A DNA stretch of 64,000 bases from Macrostomum lignano (taxonomy: Eukaryota): NCBI GenBank assembly GCA_002269645.1, contig NIVC01002379.1, positions 62,001-126,000 on the forward strand, in the 5' to 3' direction. A program made the position numbers and the translations under genes. Below, piece after piece: positions 1 through 21,868 of this stretch; position 1 is the first letter of the stretch, and each line of letters opens with the position of its first letter. Below the pieces are notes generated by a model. It was not told where the DNA came from. It saw only the letters and a list, made by a program, of their open reading frames with translations, and did no database searches.

Positions 1-545
1 AATCTCCCCTCCCCCCCTCCCAACAGTTCTAGAATCTCTCCAAAGAGTTCTAGAATCTCCACCAATAGCTCTAGAATCTCCCCCCCCCCCCCAACAGCTC
101 TAGAATCTCCCCCAACAGTTCTAGAATCTCCCCCAACAGCTCTAGAATCCCCCCAACAGCTCTAGAATCTCCCCCAACAGCTCTAGAATCCCCCCAACAG
201 CTCTAGAATCCCCCAACAGCTCTAGAATCCCCCCCAACAGCTCTAGAATCTCCCCCCCCCCAACAGCTCTAGAATCTCCCCCCCAACAGCTCTAGAATCT
301 CCCCCCCCAACAGCTCTAGAATCTCCCCCCCCCCAACAGCTCTAGAATCTCCCCCCCCCAACAGCTCTAGAATCTCCCCCCCCCCAACAGCTCTAGAATC
401 TCCCCCCCCCCAACAGCTCTAGAATCTCCCCCCCCCCAACAGCTCTAGAATCTCCCCCCCCAACAGCTCTAGAATCTCCCCCCCAACAGCTCTAGAATCT
501 CCCCCCCCAACAGCTCTAGAATCTTCCCCCAACAGCTCTAGAATC
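1..545. repeat. Tandem repeat of AACAGCTCTAGAATCT plus a variable poly-C run
   Basis: Directly visible repeated unit with a length-variable C tract. Confidence 0.9.
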
Positions 546-772
546 ACCCTACTTCACTAAAGCACACTTAAGTCATTTTAGACCCTGTGACCTGGCTCAA
601 AGATTGAAAGCGACTAGTAATAAAGTTCAATAATAAAAGTACATTCATGCCCTCATGACATCGGGTACATGCACGCATGCAACAAGCGTACAATAGAATT
701 AGAACGCTATACTAAGTATTCAGTTTATTTGGCGGTGATACATGGCTGTCCCATCTGCATGAGCTTGTCAAG

Positions 773-8459
<7,687 letters not shown>

Positions 8460-9054
8460 CTGCTTCCAGGGAGGGGGGGGGAGCTTTCGGAGTTGCGGAG
8501 TTGCTTTGCAAAAGCAGCAGACGGACAAAAAGGTTGAGTTGAAATTTGACTTGACAGTCAGAACTTGCGAATAGGATATATAGCTCGTAGATAGAGCGAG
8601 GGGGGTAAGAGGTTCTGGAATCGAATCCCCTAGTGGTCCGGCCTCTCTAACCCAATCCCTCTTCCAGTGAGTCTCTGAAATAGTCCAGCAGTGCCGCTCT
8701 ATATATATATATATACATACATATGCATATCGAGACAGCAAGTTCCACTGGGCACTTGAGCGCGCAGTCTCAAAAATGAAAGGTTCAGACAGACACGGGA
8801 TTTGGAGAGCCCGATGATGAATGCGGGGTGGTGGCGCAGGCCGTAAATCAAATATGTTTACTTAGAAAGTGTGTTTTATAAAGTCAGCTTGCATCTTGCG
8901 GTTCTAACTTTAACAGTAAGTTTATTCAAAGCTAGTATTTATTCATATTTTTATACCTTCATCAGTTTATGAAATATTGACATTAGCTTTTTAGTGATCT
9001 GTTCTAATGCAGGATTGTCATACTAATATTGCTGAATTCACTATTCATTCTACT

Positions 9055-11190
9055 CGTGTCTGCTCACATATCTACTCGTGTCTGCTCATCTATCTACTGT
9101 GTGTGCTCATCTATCTACTGTGTCTGCTCATCTATCTACTGTGTCTACTCACATATCTACTGTGTTTGCTCATCTATCTACTGTGTCTGCTCACATATCT
9201 ACTCGTGTCTGCTCACATATCTACTGTGTTTGCTCATCTATCTACTGTGTCTGCTCACATATCTACTGTGTTTGCTCATCTATCTACTGTGTCTGCTCAT
9301 CTATCTACTGTGTCTGCTCATCTATCTACTGTGTCTGCTCATCTATCTACTGTGTCTGCTCACATATCTACTCGTGTCTGCTCATCTATCTACTGTGTCT
9401 GCTCATCTATCTACTCGTGTCTGCTCATCTATCTACTGTGTCAGCTCATCTATCTACTGTGTCTGCTCACATATCTACTCGTGTCTGCTCATCTATCTAC
9501 TGTGTCTGCTCATCTATCTACTCGTGTCTGCTCATCTATCTACTGTGTCTGCTCATCTATCTACTGTGTCTGCTCATCTATCTACTCGTGTCTGCTCATC
9601 TATCTACTCATGTCTGCTCATCTATCTACTGTGTCTGCTCATCTATCTACTCGTGTCTGCTCATCTATCTACTGTGTTTGCTCATCTATCTACTCGTGTC
9701 TGCTCACATATCTACTGTGTCTTCTCACCTATCTACTGTGTCTTCTCACATATCTACTGTGTCTGCTCACATATCTACTGTGTCTTCTCACATATCTACT
9801 GTGTCTTCTCACATATCTACTGTGTCTGCTCACATATCTACTGTGTCTTCTCATCTATCTACTGTGTCGGCTCATCTATCTACTGTCTGCTCATCTATCT
9901 ACTCGTGTCTGCTCATCTATCTACATGTGTCTGCTTATCTATCTACATGTGTCTGCTCATCTATCTACTGTGTCTGCTCATCTATCTACTGTGTCTGCTC
10001 ATCTATCTACTCGCTTCTGCTCATCTATTTACTCGTGTCTGCTCGTCAATCTATTGTCTGCTCACATATCTACTGTGTCTGCTCATCTATCTACTGTGTC
10101 TGCACATCTATCTACTCGTGTCTGCTCATCTATCTACTGTGTCTGCTCACATATCTACTCGTGTCTGCTCATCTATCTACTCGTGTCTGCTCGTCTATCT
10201 ACTCGCGTCTGCTCACATATCTACTCGTGTCTGCTCATCTATCTACTGTGTCTGCTCATCTATCTACTGTGTCTGCTCATCTATCTACTCGTGTCTGCTC
10301 ATCTATCTACTGTGTCTACTCATCTATCTACTGTCTGCTTATCTATCTACTGTGTCTGCTCATCTATCTACTGTATCTGCTCATCTGTCTACTCGTGTCT
10401 GCTCATTTATCTACTCATGTCTGCTCATCTATCTACTGTGTCTGCTCATCTGTCTACTGTGTCTGCTCATCTATCTACTGTGTCTGCTCATCTATCTACT
10501 GTGTGTGCTCATCTATCTACTGTGTCTGCTCATCTATCTACTGTGTCTGCTCATCTATCTACTGTGTCTGCTCATCTATCTACATGTGTCTGCTTATCTA
10601 TCTACATGTGTCTGCTCATCTATCTACTGTGTCTGCTCATCTATCTACATGTGTCTGCTCATCTATCTACATGTGTCTGCTCACATATCTACTGTGTCTG
10701 CTCACATATCTACTGTGTCTTCTCATCTATCTACTGTGTCTGCTCATCTATCTACTCGTGTCTGCTCATCTATCTACTCGTGTCTGCTCATCTATCTACT
10801 GTGTCTGCTTACATATCTACTCGTGTCTGCTCATCTATCTACTGTGTCTGCTTACATATCTACTCGTGTCTGCTCATCTATCTACTGTCTGCTCATCTAT
10901 CTACTGTGTCTGCTCATCTATCTACTGTATCTGCTCATCTGTCTACTCGTGTCTGCTCATTTATCTACTCATGTCTGCTCATCTATCTACATGTATCTTC
11001 TCATCTATCTACATGTGTCTGCTCATCTATCTACTGTGTCTGCTCACATATCTACTGTGTCTGCTCACATATCTACTGTGTCTGCTCACATATCTACTGT
11101 GTCTGCTCACATATCTACTGTGTCTGCTCATCTATCTACTGTATCTGCTCATCTATCTACTGTGTCTGCTCATCTATCTACTGTGTCTGC
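9055..11190. repeat. Satellite, about 20-22-bp unit TCTGCTCATCTATCTACTGTG
   Basis: Visible array that produces spurious long ORFs in all three + frames. Confidence 0.93.
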
Positions 11191-12289
11191 ACAAGTGTAA
11201 ATTATTTTTCTGAGAATAGTCTTCATTTTCTTATCGATTCGGCCAGAAGAACTGCACAAAAACATGGCAAGAATCCCTTCTATATTCTATCCGCATTCCA
11301 TCACCCCAGGGTGCGCATTCGAGGGACAGGGAATAATACTGGCTGGCACGAATCCTGATCCCCTCCCTCTGATCCCCGCTCTCGAATAGTCCCATAGCCA
11401 AGGATTCCTGGAGCGGGCAGAGCGCATGGAGCTCTGGTGCACAGAATCTGGAGAGGATCCAGAGGAACACTGGAATGGATACCGCTGCCAGAGCGCATGG
11501 ATTTCTAAAACTTTCATGGATTTCTCTGTCCAGAATCTGGAAAGGAAATTGCTAATCTATCAGACAGACGCAGGGCCTCGCGCAACAGAAAATGCCATAG
11601 ACAATAAAGGAATTTTCAGTAGCCAATCAATTGGGGGCTTTGCGCAGCAAATTTTGCACCCCCCAGATTTAAGGCAGACTAGCAATCCATGGTTTTATTC
11701 ATCCATTGGTGCGGCGCACTTCAGGTTCAGGTAAGTCCCAACTCCAGACAATGTAAGGCTAAGCATTCCGCCAGCTAGCAAAAAAATCGCCCCACTCTTA
11801 CGTACATCCCCCCGACCGTTCGGAAGGTTCAGAGGGATGGCGAAACCCAGGAATCGGCAGGAACGGAGGCGCACAGCGAATGCAGACTCCTACAGGGGAA
11901 TGCAGGAGCCCCCGGGGCCAGACCTATAAACATTTAGTTCCCTGTTCTACCTGGCCTGGGAGGTAAGTTTCCCGCGTGCGCAAAAGGGGAAGGGGGTGAA
12001 GAAGAAGGAAGGCAGACTGCGAGCATTTATACGCGGCCGGTCTAGCGAAGTTCGCTAAAAGAGGGGAAAGCAGTCCCGCAGGCAGACCCAGGCAACCCAG
12101 AAGCCGTCATGCAGCACCACCCGACACCGTCAGCGGGGCATTCAAAGCTGTACACTCTGGCCAGCGTGTTCAACGAGAAGGCGCCGCCTGACTACACTAA
12201 GATATCGGCGCTGTATCCGCAGCGACAGGTGAGATTTTAGGGGGCTGCGGCTTGAGAATATTAGGGCAAGTGGGGTCAGAGACGATTAG

Positions 12290-12955
12290 AAAGAGTGAGA
12301 GAATACGTGAGAGGGTGATAGAAGATGAGAGAGGGTGAGACAAGATTTAAGAGAGTGAGAGAAGATGGGAGAGAATGAGAGAAGTTGGGAGAGGGTGAGA
12401 CAAGATTAGAGAGGGTGAGGGAAGATAGGGGAGGTGAGAGAAGATGAAAGAGGGTGAGAGAAGTTGGGAAACGGTGAGAGAAGTTGGGAGAGGGTGAGAA
12501 AAGATAAGAGAGGGTGAGAGAAGATGGGAGAGGGTGAGAGAAGATGGGAGAGGGTGAGAGAAGATGGGAGAGGGTGAGAGAAGATGGGAGAGAATGAGAG
12601 AAATTGGGAGAGGGTGAGAGAAGTTGGGAGAGGGTGAGATAGGATAACAGAGAGTGAGAGAAGATGGGAGAGGGTGAGAAAAGATAGGAGAGGGTGAGAA
12701 AAGATAGGAGAGGGTGAGAGAAGATGGGAGAGGGTGAGAGAAGATGGGAGAGGGTGAGAGAAGATAGGGGAGGGTGAGAGAAGATGAGAGAAGGTGAGAG
12801 AAGTTGGGAGACGGTGAGATAGGATAACAGAGAGTGAGAGAAGATAAGAGACAGTGAGAGAAGATGAGCGAGAGTGAGAGATGATAGGAGAGGATGAGAG
12901 AAGATAGGAGAGGGTGAGAGAAGATGGTAGAGGGTGAGAGAGGATGGGAGAGGGT
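12290..12955. repeat. Purine-rich repeat, about 20-bp unit GAGAAGATGGGAGAGGGTGA
   Basis: Visible array with strong strand asymmetry. Confidence 0.88.
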
Positions 12956-13096
12956 AAGTGCAGCAGCAGCCATTACACTGAGTGTATGAGCAGGCAGAGG
13001 ACTCACAATTCGCGGACAAGCAAGCAACAGAGAATCCAATTAAAACCCAATCCAACAAATTTATTCATTTATTTACCAGCAAGACGAGTCCTACAG

Positions 13097-13693
13097 ATAC
13101 AAGCCGGCTGGAGGGGGAGGCGGCGGCATTGTGCTGGTCTCGCCGCACCCGACGGGCGCCAGCCAGGGCTCCATCAGCATCCCGGTCAGCGTGCAGCGCC
13201 GTCTGCAGATCAGCGAATCGCAGGCCTCCACCGGGGCGGCCTCGCCGTCGGCCACATTAGCAGGCGGCGGCGGCAGCGGAGCCGTCATGACGATGTCGCT
13301 CTACGACGGAGTGACAAGCAGCGGCGAGCTGGTCAGCAACTACCTGGAGGGTGGCGGGCCGCCGCAGCCGCAGCCACTGATGATGTCCGCCGCCGCCGCA
13401 CGACGGGCCAACGCTGCAGCCGCCGCTGCGGCAGCCGCGGCCGCCTCCGCCGTCGAGGTCGGCGATCCCAACGCTATGGTCGGCGACGAAAGCGAAGACG
13501 AGCCGGTCTGCTTCCGCTGCCGCCGCTGCCTGCCCGCCGGGCTGGCGCTGCAACTGGCCGCGCTAAACGCCTTCTTCCACCCCTACTGCTTCCTGTGCTA
13601 CCAGTGCCAGGCCCCGCTGACCCAGACTTCGTCGTTCTACCACGCCGCAGGTAGCAACAGTTATCTGCATGTAGTTGTTATTGAGCTGCCTGT

Positions 13694-13766
<73 letters not shown>

Positions 13767-13767
13767 C

Positions 13768-13840
<73 letters not shown>

Positions 13841-13841
13841 A

Positions 13842-13884
<43 letters not shown>

Positions 13885-13885
13885 A

Positions 13886-13920
<35 letters not shown>

Positions 13921-13921
13921 C

Positions 13922-13952
<31 letters not shown>

Positions 13953-13975
13953 CTTAGTTAGTTAGTTAGTTAGTC

Positions 13976-14056
<81 letters not shown>

Positions 14057-14057
14057 A

Positions 14058-14100
<43 letters not shown>

Positions 14101-14101
14101 A

Positions 14102-14136
<35 letters not shown>

Positions 14137-14558
14137 CTTAGTTAGTTAGTCAGTTAGTTAGTTAGTAGCATCAGAGTTGGTCCTTAGGCGTGTTAATCGC
14201 ACGAGTCTCCATTTCAGGCCGCCTGCTCTGCGAAGGCTGCGTGAACGACGCCCTAGAAATGTGCGACGCCTGCCGACAGCCCGTCACGGAGCGAATCCTG
14301 CGCGCCCTCGGCAAGCCCTACCACCCCGCCTGCTTCCGCTGCACCCAGTGCCGCCGCAAGCTGGACGGCCAAGGCTTCACCGTGGACGTGCACAACCGGG
14401 TGCTCTGTCTGGACGACTTCCACCGGAAGTACGCGCCAAGGTGCGCCGCCTGCAGGCAGCCCATCACGCCGGCCAGGGGCCAGACTGAGACCCGGCGCGT
14501 GCTGGTTGACAACCAGAGCTACCACGTTGGCTGTTACCATGGAAACAGCATGGCCTGA
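13097..14558 (+). CDS. Zyxin/LPP/TRIP6/Ajuba-type LIM-domain protein, exons 13097-13650 and 14218-14558; a further 5' exon may lie at about 12109-12228
   Basis: LIM Cys/His patterns: CFRC...HPYCFLCYQC...CEGC; CDAC...HPACFRCTQC...CLDD; CAAC...HVGC. Linker FHRKYAPRCAAC is typical of the family. The phase-1 GT-AG intron joins G|GC. The phase of the 5' exon is unresolved. Confidence 0.85.
13696..14166. repeat. (TTAG)n microsatellite in the LIM intron
   Basis: Directly visible. Confidence 0.95.
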
Positions 14559-14689
14559 TTCCGGACAATTGGAATTTTCATGCATAGCCCCAATGCTAAG
14601 AATTCAGTGTGACAATTTTGTGTGAAATACTCATTTTCACCCTTGAGGGGTGTGACCTGTGGGGTGATTTGTGGGGTGATACTCAGTGA

Positions 14690-15465
14690 GGGACACAGTG
14701 ACCTGTGCTAGGACACAATACATACTCAATGAGGGACACAGTGTTCTGTGCTAGGACACAATGCATACTCAATGAGGGACACATTATCCTATGCTGCTAG
14801 GGCACAATGCACACTCAATGAGGGACACAATGACCTGTGCTAGGACACAATGCACATTCAATGAGGGACACATTACCCTGTGCTAGGACACAATGCACAT
14901 TCAATGAGGGACACATTACCCTGTGCTAGGACACAGTGCACACTCAATGAGCGACACAATGACCTCTGCTAGGACACAATGCACACTCAATGAGGAACAC
15001 ATTACCCTGTGCTAGGACACAATGCACATGCACACTCAATGAGGAACACATTACCCTGTGCTAGGACACAATGCACATGCACACTCAATGAGGAACACAT
15101 TACCCTGTGCTAGGACACAATGCACATGCACACTCAATGAGGGACACATTACCCTGTGCTAGGACACAATGCACATGCACACTCAATGAGGAACACATTA
15201 CCCTGTGCTAGGACACAATGCACATGCACACTCAATGAGGAACACATTAACCTGTGCTAGGACACAATGCACATGCACACTCAATGAGGGACACATTACC
15301 CTGTGCTAGGACACAATGCACATGCACACTCAATGAGGGACACATTACCCTGTGCTAGGACACAATGCACATGCACACTCAATGAGGGACACATTACCCT
15401 GTGCTAGGACACAATTAATACTGAATGAGGGACACACTATCCTGTGCTAGGACACCTAATGTAAA
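14690..15465. repeat. Minisatellite, about 44-49-bp unit CTGTGCTAGGACACAATGCAC...TCAATGAGGGACACATTACC
   Basis: Visible tandem array. Confidence 0.88.
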
Positions 15466-16790
15466 CTCACGTTTGCGATTTTAAACGCGACATAATATAA
15501 TCCTCAGAGTAAGACTCATTTAGGACACACTACTGCTTGGGGACACAAAGTACGTACGCTCCTAGCAACTGTAAATTGACATGCTTGATCAAATCTTTTC
15601 GGTATTCTTCACCGTATGTACTTCATCAACCTGTTATTTAGTTAAATAATTTAGCAAACCTCTTAGGCTTCTCAATTAAAATACTGAAATCAGCCATTAA
15701 TTGTAGACCAGAATTGTTTACGACTACGAGTACAGTTGCACAAATATACTCGCAAAAATATTTAACAAACCCAGTTGTTTACATTTCTCAAAAACTGACT
15801 GACCATAAGTTCGCAAAATCGGCAAGTTCAAGATCATGATCTTGTTTTCATAACTACTTCAGCGAAACCACTCAAATTTCGCTGAAATGACTTTCGAATT
15901 GCTAAACTAAGCAAGGTTTCTTGCTGTTGTCTATGGTAAAAAATGTGTCAGAGAAACGGTTAAAGCAGAGACAGTGGAATTGGTAGGCTAGTGCTTAAAT
16001 GCTTGCCTGAATTATTCATTTGCTTGACGATTTGACAGTTTTTACCATAGACAATTAGCATAGAGGATACGAATGTGTTCAGTTTTTCGATATTGGATTA
16101 ATTTGCTTGTTTGCAAGCTCTACTAGCTTACAGTATAAAATACTGGTATAGAATTATCCAACTTTCAGCCTACTTTTAGGCATATTGAGCGCGAATTACT
16201 GTCAGATTTTGCAATCAAATGGTAGACTTGTTAGGTTTTGGCTTTTCTCATAGAGAGGTCACAGATTTCGCGATGAGAATATCGAGACTAAATAACTTGA
16301 ATAATTGTCTACTGCAGCGGATTGGTTGATTTTGAGTTCTATAGGGTTGGCCATAGAACAATGCTTTTAAACGAGCCTCCAAATATTTTTCGCTATGACT
16401 TTCGAGTTTAGCTCGTACCGTCCTGAGTGAGCTTTCGGCCTACTTTTAGGCATATTGAGCGCAAATTACTGCCGGATTTTGCTGATTATGAGTATTTTAT
16501 GATGCCAACAAAAAGAATTTGACACAAGAAACAGAATCACAAAGAACATTATTTTCCCAATAGTGATTAAAATGTTACAAAAATGCCTTTCATTCTCGCT
16601 GACAACTTTTATTTCTAAGCCTTGAATTTGCATTCAGTTTGTTAATGTTAAGCCAGCGTGTCATTATTTTAATTAGTGCATAAGCAAGGGACAGACTGTT
16701 CGCTTCTTTGTGAGGCAGGTTTTGCCATAGACATCCCCCCTCGGCTCTCTTCTCCAGTAATATTTATGAAATCATACAGATAATCATATA

Positions 16791-18425
16791 TCAATCAGCC
16801 GTTTTGCCCAAGGACTGCGGCTTAACCATGCCCCGCATGCTGAAGTAGCACCTGGCAACGCTGACGCTTGCACCTGCAGTTTCACCTGCCGTCCCTGACG
16901 CAGCCTGCCGCCGACCGGGGAACAGGGCGATGCACATGGAATACTGTGGCATGGAGTCCATCAGTTTAGCCAGAGGCTCATCCAGCCCAGACAAGTCAGT
17001 CGCTGCTGTCCCATTGCAGTCCCGATCTCGCAGCCGGAGGACCACCAATCGGCTGCACTTCACCTCGGCTCTGGCGGCTTCAACAGCTGCGGCATCGCTG
17101 GCCGAGTCAGCCACCAGGTAAGTCGATGGCAGGCTGGCCAGGTACTCCTCGGCTGAGTGGCCGTCCGACTGAACTCGGTCGAACACGCGGAAGGAGACGC
17201 CGTGCATGCGGAGCCAGTCGAACAGGCTGGCGGTGGTAGCGCCAGCGGAATGGCTGGCGTGGAAGCCGCCGTGGCCGGGCCTGGCCGGAGATGCTGCTGC
17301 GGTCGCATCTTCAGCTGCAATCCGGGGTCGCTTAGCCGACGGTGGAGAGTCGGCAGCAGCAGCAGCAGCAGCGTCAGCGTCAGCAGCCGACGGGTTCCAA
17401 TCGCCGGAGGCGGCATCGCCGAATTCCAGTGACCTGGCGAGTTTCAACTGCACCAGATTCAGCGCGGCCAGCGCGTCCTCGGCCGAGTTGTGACCGACAG
17501 CGTCGTCCGACTGGATGTCGCGGCCGAGAAATCGCTGGGCAAGCGACTTCAGGCTGGACTTGTGCCGCCGATGGCCGGACAGGTTGAACACCACCGAGGT
17601 GTCGATGCAGCTTGGATGGTAGAGCCGCAGGGCGTGCAGGTCGCAGTTAAGCGAATGGCCAACCAAGATGGCGTTGGGCGGGAGCAGCTGGGCCAGCTGA
17701 TCCTGCGGAGTGAGATCAGGAAATCTGATTTGAGATCGTAGACCAGAATCGTAGCACAAGCGGTTGGACCGTCGGAGTCACAACTGAAAGGTCGGGGGTT
17801 CGATTCTCCTCGACCCACTCGAAACTAATGGGTGCCAGCATTAGCTGGGGTAATAAAATAAAAAACAAAAACAATAAAATACTCTACATACTACTGATGT
17901 AAAATGAACAGTAGAAATATTATAACATAAGGAGTTGAAAAAATTCACCTGGACCTCCGCTAAAGTGACAGTGGCTTTGTCAAGCATCTCTCTGGTGATG
18001 CCAGACTTAGCTGTGAGGTAGTTCAGCACAGGATTAGCCGGCTTAACAAGCTGGTCTAGCAGTATCCGGCCCGACTCGTCAACTAACGTAGCCCTGGCCA
18101 GCTCATGCTGCTGCGAACTCTCCCCAGCCGGCCCCTCGGTGACGACCATCTCGCAGTCCAGGCCGAACATTGGCGAGCTCGGGCCGGCTGGCTGGTAGGC
18201 CGGCAGGCTGGTCTTGTAGTCCGGCCCGGACTGGGGGCCGCCGCCGCCGCAGCTGCGCAGGCCCGGCATCGGGTAGTTCTCGTGCAGCAGCTGCACGGAG
18301 GAGAGCAGCAGCTGAGTGCGCGGGAACCTGTCCCTGTGCGATGGTTGGCGGGTTGCGGGCTGCCGCTGCTGTATGAGGGCTGTGGGCAACTGGTGCTTGT
18401 GTCGCTAGGTGGTGATGTCTCTGTG

Positions 18426-18456
<31 letters not shown>

Positions 18457-18457
18457 G

Positions 18458-18508
<51 letters not shown>

Positions 18509-18626
18509 GTGTCTGTTTGTCTGTCTGTCTGTGTGTCTGTCTGTGTGTCTGTCTGTCTGTCTGCTGTCTGTCTGTCTTAGTGTCTGTCTGGCTGTCTGTT
18601 TGTCTGTCTGGCTGTCTGTCTGCCTT

Positions 18627-18676
<50 letters not shown>

Positions 18677-19400
18677 AGGCAGTAATGTGTCTCTCAGTGA
18701 GTGTGCACTGTGTCCATGCACAGCAATTGTGTCCTTTGGTGGGTGTAAATCATTAAATGTACTCAAGCGCAGAACACCAGAGCAGTTATCGCCGCATCGC
18801 CGCTCACCTCTCAGGAAAAGCCGCATGCTTCTCCGGTGGATCAACCAGGGTGCCAATGCTTATGTCAGAGCGCGCCGCAGGCGAAGCTTCCCCAGCCGCT
18901 GCGGCTGTCGAGCCCGTTTGCAATTTCTTTCTCCGTTTCTGCAGCCAGTTCAGCAGCAGCTGCCGGTCTCCGAGAGCCACCGACTGCAGCGGCAGGCTGA
19001 ACAGGTCCGGGCCTACCCGGTCCGAATAGGCGTACGGCGACATCAGCCGCATCGCCTGCGGGCATTCGAGGGTGTGGGGTGTGAATGACTGTCTCACTGC
19101 TGTGGTGCTTTGCCGCTGCACCGGCTTAACTTATTCTGAAGTCTGTCTGTCTGTTTGTCGTCTGTCCAAGTGTCTGTCTTAGTGTCTGTCTGTGTGTCTG
19201 TCTGTCTGTCTGTCTGTCAGAGTGTCTGTCTGTCTGTCTGTCTGTCTGTCGGTTTGTCTGTCTTAGTGTCTGTCTGTCTGTCTGTCTGTCTGTGTGTCTG
19301 TCTGTCTGTCTGTCTGTGTGTCTGTCCTGTCTGTCTGTCTGTCTGTCTGTCTGTCGGTTTGTCTGTCTGTGTGTCTGTCTGTCTGTCTGTGTGTCTGTCC

Positions 19401-19443
<43 letters not shown>

Positions 19444-21214
19444 GTGTCTGTCTGTCTGTCTGTGTGTCTGTCCTGTCTGTCTGTCTGTCTGTCTGTCGGT
19501 TTGTCTTCTGTCTAAGTTTCTGTCTTAGTGTCTGTCTTAGTGTTTACCTTAGTGTCTGTCTTAGTGTCTATCTGTCTGTTTTTGTCTCTGTTTAGTGTGT
19601 GCCTGTCCGCCCGCCCGTCCGTCCGTCTATTTGTCTCAGTGTCTGTCCGAGCATCTGCCCATGGGAAACCGCATTACCTGATAGAAGTTGGCCATAAACT
19701 TGGGCAGCTGTGCAGCAGCCGACGGAGGCGCAGAGTCGAAGACAATGACGAGAATGCGGGGCACGCAGTTGGGCTTGGCGATCTTGCACCATCGTGGCTG
19801 CTGCAGGCAGCGATAGGTCAGCAGCATGTAGCTCAGCAGGCACTGCACGTCCGCCAGCACAAATTTGGGAAACTTTCGTCCGCTGGCATCGTCGTCCTCG
19901 TTGTCGTCCGGCTCTGAGTCGGAATCGCTGTCCGAGGCGCAGCCAGGAAACAGCGGTTGGACGGCCGACTGCGGCTGCGTGGCCATCAAAAAGGCGCGGT
20001 GGCTCGGCTGGCGCCGCTGCCGGGCCTGTGCGAGGATTTAAAGGGCGATTCTTGGTATGTTTAGGGGCGATTCTCGGGATGTTTAGGGGCGATTCTTGGG
20101 ATGTTTAGGGGCGATTCTTGGGATTTTTAGGGACGATTCTCGGGATGTTTAGGGTCGATTCTTAGGATGTTTAGGATCGATTCTTAGGATGTTTAGGATC
20201 GATTCTTGGGATGTTTAGGATTGATTCTTGGGATGTTTAGGATCGATTCTTGGAATGTTTAGGGGCGATTCTTGAGATGTTTAGGATCGATTCTTGGGAT
20301 GTTTAGGATCGATTCTTGGGATGTTTAGGATTGATTCTTGGGATGTTTAGGATCGATTCTTGGAATGTTTAGGGGCGATTCTTGAGATGTTTAGGATCGA
20401 TTCTTGGGATGTTTAGGATCGATTCTTGGGATGTTTAGGATCGATTCTTGGGATGTTTAGGATCGATTCTTGGGATGTTTAGAGGCGATTCTTGGGATGT
20501 TTAAGGGCGATTCTTGGGATGTTTAGGGCGATTCTTGAGATGTTTAGGGGCGATTCTTGGGATGTTTAGAGACGATTCTTGAGATGTTTAGGGGCGATTC
20601 TCGGGATGTTTAGGGTCGATTCTTGGGATGTTTAGGATCGATTATTGGGATGTTTAGGGGCGATTCTTGGGATTTTTAGGGACGATTCTTGGGATGTTTA
20701 GGGTCGATTCTTAGGATGTTTAGGATCGATTCTTGGGATGTTTAGGGGCGATTCTTGGTATGTTTAGGGGCGATTCTTGGTATGTTTAAGGGCGATTTTT
20801 GGGATGTTTAGGGGCGATTCTTGGTATGTTTAGGGGCGATTCTTGGGATGTTTAGGGGCGATTCTTGGGATGTTTAGGGGCGATTCTTGGTATGTTTAGG
20901 GGCGATTCTTGGTATGTTTAGGGGCGATTCTTGGGATGTTTAGGGGCGATTCTTGGGATGTTTAGGGGAGATTCTTGGAATGTTTAGGGGCGATTCTTGG
21001 AATGTTTAAAATACATTAATAAAGAATTGGTTCAATCCAAAAAGGATTAACATCGATAAGTAAAATTCCACACCTTGTCCATGAACACAATAAATTTTGG
21101 CTTTTCAGGTTGTCGACGCGGCTTTGCTTGAGTCCAGCCGGAGTCATCGTTGCCGTCGGTCGCTCCCGCTGCTGCTGGTCCCGTTGCGGCTGCTCCAGAA
21201 TCTTCTGTGCTCAT
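16791..21214 (-). CDS. DEDDh RNA exonuclease (REXO1/REXO5-like), exons 21214-21074, 20025-19678, about 19115-18808, 18327-17949, 17702-16791
   Basis: Motifs [40 protein letters not shown] and HNSAEDA. GT-AG junctions are phase-compatible; the exon 3 acceptor is uncertain. Confidence 0.88.
17745..17817 (+). mobile_element. Degenerate tRNA-derived SINE head in the exonuclease intron
   Basis: A-box-like TAGCACAAGCGG and B-box-like GGTTCGATTCTCC; shares CGTCGGA.T.AC.ACTGAAAGGTCGGG.GTTCGATT with the copy at about 60045. Confidence 0.5.
18418..18675. repeat. (TCTG)n microsatellite, intronic
   Basis: Directly visible. Confidence 0.93.
19140..19610. repeat. (TCTG)n microsatellite, intronic
   Basis: Directly visible. 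Confidence 0.93.
20036..21006. repeat. Intronic minisatellite, 21-bp unit GGGGCGATTCTTGGGATGTTTA-like
   Basis: Visible array in exonuclease intron 1. Confidence 0.92.
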
Positions 21215-21269
21215 TCTGATTGAATGTTGCCCAGTCACCGCTCATGGAATAGTGGGGGCTGATATTATT

Positions 21270-21868
21270 ATCTAATAGACTAATGCCTATCACTGACTCA
21301 GTATCAAATAGACTAATGCCTATCACTGACTCAGACAGTATCAAATAGACTAATGCCTATCACTAACTTAGTATCCTAATGCCTATCACTGACTCAGTAT
21401 CTAATAGACTAATTCCTATCACTGACTTAGAATCTAATAGACAAATGCCTATCACTGACTCAATATCAAATAGACAAATGCCTATCACTAACTCAGTATC
21501 TAATAGACTAATGACTATCACTAACTCAGTATCTAATAGACTAATGCCTATCACTAACTCAGTATCTAATAGACTAATGCCTATCACTAACTTAGTATCT
21601 AATAGACTAATGCCTATCACTAACTTAGTATCCTAATGCCTATCACTGACTCAGTATCAAATAGACTAATGACTATCACTAACTCAGTATCTAATAGACT
21701 AATGACTATCACTGACTCAGTATCTAATAGACTAATGCCTATCAACTTAGTATCCTAATGCCTATCACTGACTCAGTATCAAATAGACTAATGACTATCA
21801 CTGACTCAGTATCTAATAGACTAATGCCTATCACTAACTCAGTATCTAATAGACTAATGCCTATCATT
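21270..21868. repeat. Minisatellite, 33-bp unit CTAATAGACTAATGCCTATCACTAACTCAGTAT
   Basis: Visible tandem array. Confidence 0.9.

Noticed and set aside
9007-11358. Three overlapping 700-780-aa ORFs rich in Cys/Leu/Ser
   Set aside because: These are translations of a stop-free satellite in all three frames, with no coding signal. The same applies to ORFs at 1174-1747, 2416-3000, 12276-13058, 19155-19595, 24273-24770 and 48671-49207.
16170-16485. About 50-bp direct repeat (CCTACTTTTAGGCATATTGAGCGC) suggesting a small transposon
   Set aside because: No termini, TSD or coding remnant could be defined.
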